Part shown: one piece after another, positions 56,191 through 64,000 of the stretch
Numbering within the stretch: position 1 is the stretch's first letter
Layout of the letters: each line of letters starts with the position of its first letter
NCBI GenBank assembly: GCA_001784175.1
Contig: MFPR01000026.1
Location: 1-64,000 of the forward strand
Source: Candidatus Lindowbacteria bacterium RIFCSPLOWO2_12_FULL_62_27
GTDB taxonomy: Bacteria > Lindowbacteria > 2-12-FULL-62-27
DNA: 64,000 nucleotides
Direction: 5' to 3'
Made by a program: the position numbers and the translations under genes
The notes under the pieces: generated by a model
Told to the model about the DNA's origin: nothing
The model's input: the letters and a program-made list of their open reading frames with translations, nothing else
Databases searched by the model: none

Positions 56191-59100
56191 TGAAGGCCGT
56201 CATGACGATCTTCTTCGCCGTGTCGATGATCAGCGCGTCCTTTGGAAAGGGCACGGCCCCCTCGGTGGACCGTGCGCTGGACCTGGTCCGCCAATACCGC
56301 GCGTCTCATCCCCGATATCTTCAGGATCGCCGCGATATTCTAGAGGATCTGCGGGACCTTGGGCCGGGTGCGGCGCCTGCCATACCGATGCTGATTGAAA
56401 TCTTGACGGATACGGCAGGCAACTCCGATCGCGCGCTGGAATTCCGGACTCTGGTGCGAAGGGTTCTGATCGCGATCGGCAAGCCGGCCGTTCCTGCCGT
56501 TGTCGCGCTCTTGGACAGGAAAGGCACGGGGATCGTTTTTCGGGTCAGCGACGTTCTGTGTGGAATCGGGGAGCCGGCGGTTACCGAGCTGGCGCAGGCG
56601 TTGGCTCACGAGCATCCAACCGTACGAAACCGTGCAGCGCTGATTCTGAGAAACCTCGGAATAAAAGCGGCTCCCGCAGTCCCTGCCCTGGTCCAACGGC
56701 TCAACGACGACGTGGACAGCGTCGCCCGGTCCGCGTCCGTGGCGCTGGGAAAGATCGGCGATCCGGCCGTTCCGCAACTCCTGCAGGCGTTAAAGCACCC
56801 ACGGCCCAATGTCAGGAAAGGCGCTGCCGGTGCGCTCGGATTGATGGAATCGCCGCTGGATTCCGAGACGATCGTCCGCGCGCTGGCCGCGGCCTCGGCC
56901 GACCCCATCGGCGAAGTCCGTCACGCGGTCGGAATGACCCTCGGCCGGTATGGCCAACGTTCCTCCGTGCCGATTCTGATGGAGATTCTGCGGGACGATC
57001 TGACGGAGTGGCCTGCAGAGGCGGCGGAACTTCTCGATAGACTGGGCGAATCGGACACGGTCCTTCGAGCGCTCCGGGAGGATCTGGACAGCGGCACGGT
57101 CCGGGACCGCCGGAATGCGGCCTCGGCTCTTTCGGCTTTGGGCGCTCAGGCGGTTCCTCTCCTGACAGCGGCGTTGAGGGACGATGCCACAGCCGTGCGA
57201 ACGGAGGCGGTGTGGTCATTAAAGTCCATCGGCGATCCCGCCCGGACTGCGTTGTCAGATCTGTCGGACATGCTCACGGCGCCGGACATGAATCTGAACG
57301 ACGCCGCCGTTGAAACGATTCTTTTCCTGTCGCACCATCAGCACGACACGATTTCGCTGGCCGCGTTGGTTGCCGTCGCCAGGCATGGACCCCCCTTAAA
57401 ACGCGGCCGAGCCGTCTACGAGCTTGCAGCGTGGGGCGCAGACGCCGTTCCCGCCCTGCCGCGCCTGTTGCAAGCCGCCCGGGATGGAGACGAACGCCTT
57501 CAAGAGGATGTGATGCGTGCGTTCGAACGGATCGGCGAGGCTTCCATCGAGTTTCTAGCGGGTACCGTGCAGGACCCTGACCCTCGGGTGCGATGCACTG
57601 CATTTCGGTTGCTGGAGGCAGTGCTGGAAAGAAGGGAGGAAGGGTCGATGCGCGTGGTGGCCGTCCTATTTTCGGCTCTGGGAGACAGTGATCCGCAAGT
57701 CGTATCCTCGGCGGGAAGGGCCCTGTCACGTCTTGCGGGATCTCCACATTACGTCCCGGCGTGGGTTCAGGCTCTGAGGGATCCTGATGACGCAGTGCGG
57801 ATCGGCGCCTCCGCATGGCCGGTTATTCGCGTCCGCGCAGACAGGCGAACCGTCACTGCCGCGGACACTCCTGCGCTCATCGCGGCCTTCGTGAAGGTCC
57901 TGGGCGACCGCCTGTGGATCGTTCGATTGAACGCCGCCCACTTTCTCATCCAGCATGAGTGGCGCCTGCCTCGGGCCGTATCCGCGCTGGTCCGTTTGAC
58001 GGAATCGAAGCATGCCGATTGCCGCAGACGGGCGCTGATGGCGTTGTACGAATCATGCCAACCGGTTCGCCTTGGGCACATCAAATCGCAGCGGCCGGCG
58101 TGGTTCGGGAAAACAGCGCAATTGCACGTCCGCGCCTTGAAAGACGAAGATACAAACATCCGGCTGACCGCCGCCGGGAACCTCATCCGTCTGGATACGC
58201 ACTTGGAGGCGGCGGTTCAAACGCTGGTGGCGCTCTGGCAGTCGGGTCCGCCGGATATCCGCCATCACGCGGTGATGGAACTGAGCAAGTCGGGCGCCGG
58301 CGCAAACATAGAGATCCATGATCTCGTGTCCATGCTGAAGGACCCGGACTGGAGGGTACGGGAATGGGCGGCGAGGGTACTGATCGAGAGGGGCAGACTA
58401 TTCGGCGCGGTTTGTGAAACGGCGCGGGATCTCCTGAGCGAGAAACCCGTGGCGGCCAAGCTTGCCGCCCTACGCCTGTTACAGTCGATCGGAACCCGGT
58501 CTGATTCGGCCGTGGCGATCCTCATGGCGGCGCTGAATGACACCTCGTGGGAGGTTCGCGGCGCGGCGGCACGCGCTGTCGGGACCATCGGGCTGAAGGG
58601 GGACAGGACGGTTCCGCGGCTGATTCAATTGCTGGATGACGATGCGCGCCATGTCCGCGGTCATGCGGCAAGGTCGCTCGTTCTTCTGGGCCAGGATGCC
58701 ATGCCGGCGGTGATCAACGCGTTAAGAGGCATATCTGCGCATTTGCGGGGCGCTGCGGCCGGCGTTCTTGCAGACATGAAAGCCGTCCAGCCTCTGATTG
58801 ACCTGTTCATTGCGGAACCTGAATTTGTGGTATATCGGTATGTTCTCGGGCCTCTTTATCTGACACAGAAGTCGTATTCCTTCGATAAGGATTCTTATGA
58901 GGAACGCGAAGAGCTCTTGTATGTGACCCTGGCTGGTCTTGGAGACACTGCGCTTGCCGGCCTGCGACGATTCCTGAAATCCCGCGATGCCCGCGTCCGC
59001 CGTTCGGTCATCCTTGTGCTGGCGTACATGGGGGCTGGGGCTGCGGCCGAAAAATCGACGTTGATAGAGGCATTGGTCGACAGAGACACGGCGGTGCGGC

Positions 59101-59750
59101 GCGCCGCGGCGGTCGCGTTGAATCGAATGGGCGACACGGACCGCGTCCCGTACACATTCTGGTTCGACGCGCTTTCGGACACACGGGAACCGATCCGTCG
59201 GGAGGCGGAACAGTCCCTCCTTTCTCGCTCATATGCCGTCGATGACCTGATCGCCTCTTTGGAACGGCCGGAGCCCCACGTGAAAGCGGTGGTGTCAAGG
59301 ATCCTGGCGAACATGGGTGACAGCGCCGCGCCGGCGATTCCTGCGTTAATCCGCTGTCTCGGCGCCGACCGCGCGGATGTCCGCGGAGCCGCATCGTGGG
59401 CGCTGGCCCATATTGGAGGTCCAGCCGTGCCGGCCCTGACGGTGGCGTTGAAAGACGAAAACCGGACCATACGGCGCGCGGCGTCCGATGCTCTGCGCAG
59501 GATGGGCCGAAAGGCGCGGCCAGCCATGCCCGACCTGATCCGCGCCCTGAAGGACGCATCCAGCGGCGTCCGGTACCATGCGGCGCACGCATTGGGTGAA
59601 ATCGGCGACACCTCGCCTCAAGTGATATCCGCGCTCCGGGAAGTTCTGAGGGATCCGGCTCAGCACGTGAGAGATTCCGTCCGCGTGGCGTTGGAACGGC
59701 TGGAAAGACGCCCGGGGCGGTTCGGGAAAGAAGAAAAAGAAAACGAATAA
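56190..59750 (+). CDS. Large exported HEAT/PBS-lyase-repeat protein
   Basis: Signal peptide; many 'L.D....VR..AA.ALG.IG..AVP.L' repeats. Confidence 0.88.
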   Translation: MKAVMTIFFAVSMISASFGKGTAPSVDRALDLVRQYRASHPRYLQDRRDILEDLRDLGPGAAPAIPMLIEILTDTAGNSDRALEFRTLVRRVLIAIGKPAVPAVVALLDRKGTGIVFRVSDVLCGIGEPAVTELAQALAHEHPTVRNRAALILRNLGIKAAPAVPALVQRLNDDVDSVARSASVALGKIGDPAVPQLLQALKHPRPNVRKGAAGALGLMESPLDSETIVRALAAASADPIGEVRHAVGMTLGRYGQRSSVPILMEILRDDLTEWPAEAAELLDRLGESDTVLRALREDLDSGTVRDRRNAASALSALGAQAVPLLTAALRDDATAVRTEAVWSLKSIGDPARTALSDLSDMLTAPDMNLNDAAVETILFLSHHQHDTISLAALVAVARHGPPLKRGRAVYELAAWGADAVPALPRLLQAARDGDERLQEDVMRAFERIGEASIEFLAGTVQDPDPRVRCTAFRLLEAVLERREEGSMRVVAVLFSALGDSDPQVVSSAGRALSRLAGSPHYVPAWVQALRDPDDAVRIGASAWPVIRVRADRRTVTAADTPALIAAFVKVLGDRLWIVRLNAAHFLIQHEWRLPRAVSALVRLTESKHADCRRRALMALYESCQPVRLGHIKSQRPAWFGKTAQLHVRALKDEDTNIRLTAAGNLIRLDTHLEAAVQTLVALWQSGPPDIRHHAVMELSKSGAGANIEIHDLVSMLKDPDWRVREWAARVLIERGRLFGAVCETARDLLSEKPVAAKLAALRLLQSIGTRSDSAVAILMAALNDTSWEVRGAAARAVGTIGLKGDRTVPRLIQLLDDDARHVRGHAARSLVLLGQDAMPAVINALRGISAHLRGAAAGVLADMKAVQPLIDLFIAEPEFVVYRYVLGPLYLTQKSYSFDKDSYEEREELLYVTLAGLGDTALAGLRRFLKSRDARVRRSVILVLAYMGAGAAAEKSTLIEALVDRDTAVRRAAAVALNRMGDTDRVPYTFWFDALSDTREPIRREAEQSLLSRSYAVDDLIASLERPEPHVKAVVSRILANMGDSAAPAIPALIRCLGADRADVRGAASWALAHIGGPAVPALTVALKDENRTIRRAASDALRRMGRKARPAMPDLIRALKDASSGVRYHAAHALGEIGDTSPQVISALREVLRDPAQHVRDSVRVALERLERRPGRFGKEEKENE

Positions 59751-59824
59751 ATGTATGCCTGACCGTAGCGTGTGATCAGGACGTGAAGAACTTGTGAGAA
59801 CAGAGTGCTATTTTCACGAAAGGG

Positions 59825-59903
59825 GTCAGTGAAAGACGGTAACCCCCCTCATTCCCCCCTTTTCAAGGGGGGATGAAGGGGGGTCCAGCCGCTGTTTACT
59901 GAC
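59825..59903. repeat. GC-rich nested hairpin (CCCCCCTTTCAAGGGGGG type)
   Basis: GTCAGT..CCCCCCTCATTCCCCCCTTTCAAGGGGGGATGAAGGGGGG..ACTGAC. Confidence 0.6.
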
Positions 59904-59998
59904 TTCTTACATTTCACGCGATTTCCACGCGATTTTCAGTTGACAGTTTTGCGCGATGGACGTAATGTATGGATCGGAAAGGGTTGGTGAGATCGTAT

Positions 59999-60253
59999 AT
60001 GCTGACACGAGAGGATATTTTTGAGCGCGTCCGGGACATCATCCTGGAGCGGCTCAGCGTGAAGAAGGAGAAGGTCACGCTGGATGCGAATTTTCTTGAC
60101 GATCTGGGCGCCGATTCTCTGGAGCTGACGGAGCTGGTGCTGGCGGTCGAAGAGGAGTTCAGCCTGAAGATACCCGATGACCAGATCGAGAACCTGACGA
60201 CGGTCGGCAAGGTCGTCACCTTTGTGGAAACCTGCCTGAGTTCAACCGCCTGA
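59999..60253 (+). CDS. acpP: Acyl carrier protein
   Basis: DDLGADSLE; EEEF; upstream of fabF; candidate promoter TTGACA-17-TAATGT at 59940-59968. Confidence 0.93.
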   Translation: MLTREDIFERVRDIILERLSVKKEKVTLDANFLDDLGADSLELTELVLAVEEEFSLKIPDDQIENLTTVGKVVTFVETCLSSTA

Positions 60254-60299
60254 CCAGATCCTTCCGCATGCCGTTGTTTCCGCTGTTGGACCGTCCCCG

Positions 60300-61613
60300 A
60301 TGAACCGCCGCCGCGTGGTGGTGACGGGCGCGGGCGTTGCGGCGCCGAACGGAATCGGCGTGCGCGCCTTCTGGGAGAGCTTGGCGGAAGGCCGGAGTGG
60401 GATCAAACCGATCACGATCCTGGACGCGGCGCCCTACCCAACGCGGTTCGGCGGCGAGATTTCGGATTTCGATCCCCTGAATCATTTCGACAAGAACGAG
60501 GCGCGAAAGCTGGACCGGTTCGCCCAATTCGCCCTCGTCGCCTGCCGGGAGGCGGTCGAGCAGTCGAAGCTCGGTGAGGCGGCGTCGCAAGGGTCAGCGG
60601 ACCGGATCGGCGTCGTGTTCGGGTCCGGGATGGGAGGATTCACAACGATCGAGGAGCAGCACCGGCGCCTGATCGAGCATGGCCCGCGCCGGGTCTATCC
60701 GTTTCTGATCCCGATGATGATCGTGAACATCGCGGCCGGCGAGATCGCGATCCGGCATGGATTCAAGGGCCCCAACACTTCGATGGTGTCCGCTTGCACC
60801 ACCGGCAATCACTGTCTGGGATATGCGCTCCGGACCATCCAGTGCGGCGACGCGGACGCCATGGTGGCGGGCGCGAGCGAAGCCGGCATCACGCACATCG
60901 CGCTGGCCGGGTTTTCGATCATGCGCGCGCTGTCGACGCGAAACGACGATCCCTCGAAGGCGAGCCGGCCGTTTGACAAGGACCGGGACGGATTTGTTCT
61001 ATCGGAAGGCGCAGGCGTTCTGATTCTGGAGGAACACGAATGTGCGGTCCGGCGGGGCGCGCCGATTCTGGCCGAAATCACCGGCTACGCCGCCAACAGC
61101 GACGCCCACCACATCACGGCCCCATGCCCCGACGGCGAGGGCGCGCGGAACGTCATGCGCCTGGCGCTCGCCGACGCGGGCCTGAAACCGGAAGACATCG
61201 ACTACATCAACGCGCATGGCACATCGACGCAGCTCAATGACAAATCCGAAACGCTGGCGATCAAGGAGGTGTTCGGCGACCACGCCCGAAAGGTCAGGAT
61301 CAGCTCGACCAAATCCGTTCACGGGCACCTTCTCGGCGCCGGCGCGGCCGTGGAGGCGGTGGCGTGCGTTCAGGCGCTGCGGGACAACGTCGTTCCGCCG
61401 ACCATCAATTACACCACGCCCGACCCGGACTGCGACCTCAATTACACGCCGAACGTCAAGGTCTCGCATCCCATCCGCCATGCGATGTCCAACGCCTTCG
61501 GATTCGGCGGACACAACGCGTCGATTATTTTCAAGAAATACGGTAACGATTCACCTCCTCTCCCCCCGAAGGGGGGAGAGGACGAGCGAAGCTCGGGTGA
61601 GGGGGGTGGATGA
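60300..61613 (+). CDS. fabF: Beta-ketoacyl-ACP synthase II
   Basis: RRVVVTG; SACTTG; YINAHGTST; GHLLGA; SNAFGFGGHN. Confidence 0.95.
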   Translation: MNRRRVVVTGAGVAAPNGIGVRAFWESLAEGRSGIKPITILDAAPYPTRFGGEISDFDPLNHFDKNEARKLDRFAQFALVACREAVEQSKLGEAASQGSADRIGVVFGSGMGGFTTIEEQHRRLIEHGPRRVYPFLIPMMIVNIAAGEIAIRHGFKGPNTSMVSACTTGNHCLGYALRTIQCGDADAMVAGASEAGITHIALAGFSIMRALSTRNDDPSKASRPFDKDRDGFVLSEGAGVLILEEHECAVRRGAPILAEITGYAANSDAHHITAPCPDGEGARNVMRLALADAGLKPEDIDYINAHGTSTQLNDKSETLAIKEVFGDHARKVRISSTKSVHGHLLGAGAAVEAVACVQALRDNVVPPTINYTTPDPDCDLNYTPNVKVSHPIRHAMSNAFGFGGHNASIIFKKYGNDSPPLPPKGGEDERSSGEGGG

Positions 61614-61673
61614 CGACGGCCGAAACATGCCACCCTCACCCCGACCCTCTCCCGCCATGGGCGGGAGAGGGGA
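61553..61673. repeat. Paired CCCTCTCCC/GGGAGAGG palindromic repeat (BoxC/RIME-like)
   Basis: CCTCTCCCCCGAAGGGGGGAGAGG..GGGTGAGGG..CCCTCACCC..CCCTCTCCCGCCATGGGCGGGAGAGGG. Confidence 0.7.
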
Positions 61674-61681
61674 ATAAAGGT

Positions 61682-62788
61682 TCAACGCCACACAAGCCGC
61701 GCGTAGCGGCGGCCGTTCCGGAAGGCGTATCCCCACCGCGTTTTTTTGGATTCGCGCACGTCGACATGCACGTGGAAGGTCGAATACCATTTGCCCTTGC
61801 CGGCCGAGTGCTGGTGTTCATAGAGTCCGATCCCGCCGATGGGCAGGGCGCCGCGCTGTTCGAGCTGGTCGCAGATGCCCGCGAGGGTGGCCGCGTCGTA
61901 GATGTTGCTTTTCCTGTCCTGGTTGACGTCGTCGAACACGCCGTCGGCCGGCGCCGAATCGACGATGATGTCGGCCGCGAGGCCGTACTGGTGATAGGAG
62001 TGAAAGGCGGCTTCGGGAAGAAAGCGGTTGTAATCCGGCGTCCGAAATCCGCTGAGGACCCGGATGCCCTTGCACTGAAAATGCGGCGACCGGTCGATCA
62101 GATCGACCAGCCGTTCGACCTTGTTGATGAGGGAATGGCGAATGACGGCGTACTTGGGAAAGTGGCGCACCTGCGCATCGGACCGGGAACTGGACACGAA
62201 ATCCCCTACGCGAAAATTCCGGGAGATGTGCAGGTCCATCATGTCCGGCGTGATTTCGACAAACCGGTCGGGCGCCCGCCGGTCGTCGTCCCGTTCCGGG
62301 TACGTGCCCATGACGTATCCGTTGATCCGCCCCCGCACGATCCGGAGTTTCTGGGGAATGATGATCACGAGCGGCAGCGTTTCCGCCGAGCCTCCGCCGT
62401 TTCGGCCAAGCCGGCAGCCGACCGAGAGCGGGAAGACGCCACCGGTGTCGGGAAGATCGATGACGTATCCATTCGGCCGGGAGGTCCGCCCGGCCAGCCG
62501 GCCGCCCCATTGGGCGAATTCGGCCGAATGGCCGAGCGCCGCCGTCTGGATGTCCGGCGAATCCGTTCCGCCTTCGCGGACGGGCGCCACGATCAAGCGG
62601 GATCTGGGCGCGGCGATAATCGCCATGCCCGGCTCTTTTTTCGCCTGGTAGGCGGCCGAGTCATAGGGATCGACCCACTGGCAGAGAACGGCCCACCGGC
62701 CGGCATCACGCGCATGGGCCGGGCCGGGCAGGACGCCGGAAGCGAGCAGGACAAACCCCAGCAACAGAAACATGCCCCATTTTTCCAT
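61682..62788 (-). CDS. Exported peptidase M15A/DUF882-like protein
   Basis: Signal peptide; ISRNFRVGDF; LSGFRTPDYN; SYHQYGLAADI; HVHVDVR. Confidence 0.8.
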   Translation of the reverse strand: MEKWGMFLLLGFVLLASGVLPGPAHARDAGRWAVLCQWVDPYDSAAYQAKKEPGMAIIAAPRSRLIVAPVREGGTDSPDIQTAALGHSAEFAQWGGRLAGRTSRPNGYVIDLPDTGGVFPLSVGCRLGRNGGGSAETLPLVIIIPQKLRIVRGRINGYVMGTYPERDDDRRAPDRFVEITPDMMDLHISRNFRVGDFVSSSRSDAQVRHFPKYAVIRHSLINKVERLVDLIDRSPHFQCKGIRVLSGFRTPDYNRFLPEAAFHSYHQYGLAADIIVDSAPADGVFDDVNQDRKSNIYDAATLAGICDQLEQRGALPIGGIGLYEHQHSAGKGKWYSTFHVHVDVRESKKTRWGYAFRNGRRYARLVWR

Positions 62789-62858
62789 ATTCTCGCCGCC
62801 GACGGAATGCCGGCCGGCGTTTTTCTTGGCCGCGGCCCTATGATATAACCGACTGCCA

Positions 62859-64000
62859 ATGAAAGGGTCGGAGATTCGTGAGGCGTTTCTGAAATTTTTC
62901 GAAGGCCACGGGCACCGGCGGGTCCCGAGCGCGTCACTCCTGCCGAAGGACAAGACGCTTCTCTTCAACATCGCGGGGATGGTGCCGTTCAAGCCGTATT
63001 TTCTCGGGGAAGTAGCGCCGCCGTACGCGCGCGCCGTCTCGTCCCAGAAATGCATCCGGACGAACGACATCGATCGCGTGGGGACGACGGCGCGGCACCT
63101 GACGTTTTTCGAGATGCTGGGGAATTTTTCGTTCGGCGATTACTTCAAGCGCGAGGCGATCGGCTGGGGCTGGGAATTTTTGACGGCCGTCCTCGGTCTG
63201 CCGAATGACCGGCTGTACGTTTCTGTGTATGAGAAGGACGACGAGGCGCACCGCCTCTGGCGCGAAATCGCCGGCCTTTCGGCCGACCGGATCGTTCGGC
63301 TCGGCAAGGAGCACAACTTCTGGGAAGTCGGTCCCACGGGTCCCTGCGGTCCCTGCTCGGAGATTCTGTACGACCAGGGGCCGTCCTTCAGTTGCGGCCG
63401 GCCGGCCTGCGCGCCGGGCTGCGACTGCGACCGGTACATGGAAGTGTGGAACCTGGTGTTCATGGAATTCAACCAGGCCGGCGGCGAGATGCATCCGCTG
63501 CCGAAGAAGAACATCGACACCGGCATGGGCCTGGAGCGGCTGGCCGCCGTTTTGCAGAACAAGCGGTCGAATTTCGAGACGGACCTGTTGTATCCGATCA
63601 TCGAATCAGCGCGGTCGCTCAGCGCGGCCGGCGTCTCCGGCGCTGACCGCAAATCGGCCGTGGCCCTCAACGTCGTCGCCGATCACATGCGCGCGGCCAC
63701 GTTCCTCCTGTCGGACGGCCTGCGCCCGTCGAACGAAGACCGGGGCTATGTGCTTCGGCGTCTCATCCGGCGCGCCTCCGCGTCGATGCGGAAGTTGGGC
63801 GTGACGGGTCCCGCGCTGAGCCGGCTCGTGCCGGTGGTGGTGGACCTGTTCGGCCAGGCGTATCCGGAACTGGCCCGTGAGCAGGAGTCCGTGACGCGGG
63901 AGCTTCAGGCCGAGGAGGAGCGGTTCGCCAAAACGCTGGACATCGGGATGGAGCGGCTGACGCAGGCGACGGCGGAGTTGCGCCGCGCGAAGCGCGAGAT
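62859..64000 (+). CDS. alaS: Alanine--tRNA ligase, 3'-truncated by the window edge
   Basis: MKGSEIREAFLKFF..LLFNIAGMVPFK..SQKCIR..HLTFFEMLGNFSFGDYFK..IDTGMGLER (missing from the ORF track because no stop occurs in the window). Confidence 0.96.
   Translation, partial: MKGSEIREAFLKFFEGHGHRRVPSASLLPKDKTLLFNIAGMVPFKPYFLGEVAPPYARAVSSQKCIRTNDIDRVGTTARHLTFFEMLGNFSFGDYFKREAIGWGWEFLTAVLGLPNDRLYVSVYEKDDEAHRLWREIAGLSADRIVRLGKEHNFWEVGPTGPCGPCSEILYDQGPSFSCGRPACAPGCDCDRYMEVWNLVFMEFNQAGGEMHPLPKKNIDTGMGLERLAAVLQNKRSNFETDLLYPIIESARSLSAAGVSGADRKSAVALNVVADHMRAATFLLSDGLRPSNEDRGYVLRRLIRRASASMRKLGVTGPALSRLVPVVVDLFGQAYPELAREQESVTRELQAEEERFAKTLDIGMERLTQATAELRRAKRE

Noticed and set aside
62789-63070. N-terminal extension of the M15 peptidase ORF
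   Set aside because: Antisense to alaS; the signal peptide begins at 62788.

Overview
GC-rich chromosomal window from a diderm (LPS-making) bacterium; the lineage cannot be assigned from sequence alone. 1-16 kb: exported-protein locus with a PorV/PorQ-like barrel, a 4102-aa multidomain S8 protease ending in a T9SS-type-A-like C-terminal domain, a metzincin and a partner protein. 16-35 kb: mostly housekeeping (tRNA-Gly, rpsF-ssb-rpsR-rplI-dnaB-radA-PIN/TRAM-ispD, ygeW-like carbamoyltransferase, lgt, VKOR-DsbA, HD-GYP, ychF). 35.6-37.9 kb: a small decayed accessory patch (two toxin-antitoxin pairs, group II intron 5' fragment, IS21-like end, TPR remnant). 38-64 kb: GH63-like glucosidase, exported repeat proteins, queE-iscS-mnmA-tusA, glycosyltransferases, lipid A genes, acpP-fabF and partial alaS. 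The most unusual signals are (i) an identical 56-bp element built from tandem TGATATCA palindromes that occurs twice and supplies the stop codon of the upstream gene both times, (ii) a two-unit 80-bp structured repeat abutting tRNA-Gly, (iii) D-S/T enrichment in exported proteins, and (iv) repeated promoter geometry implying leaderless mRNAs. All calls are by eye; no database searches were run.
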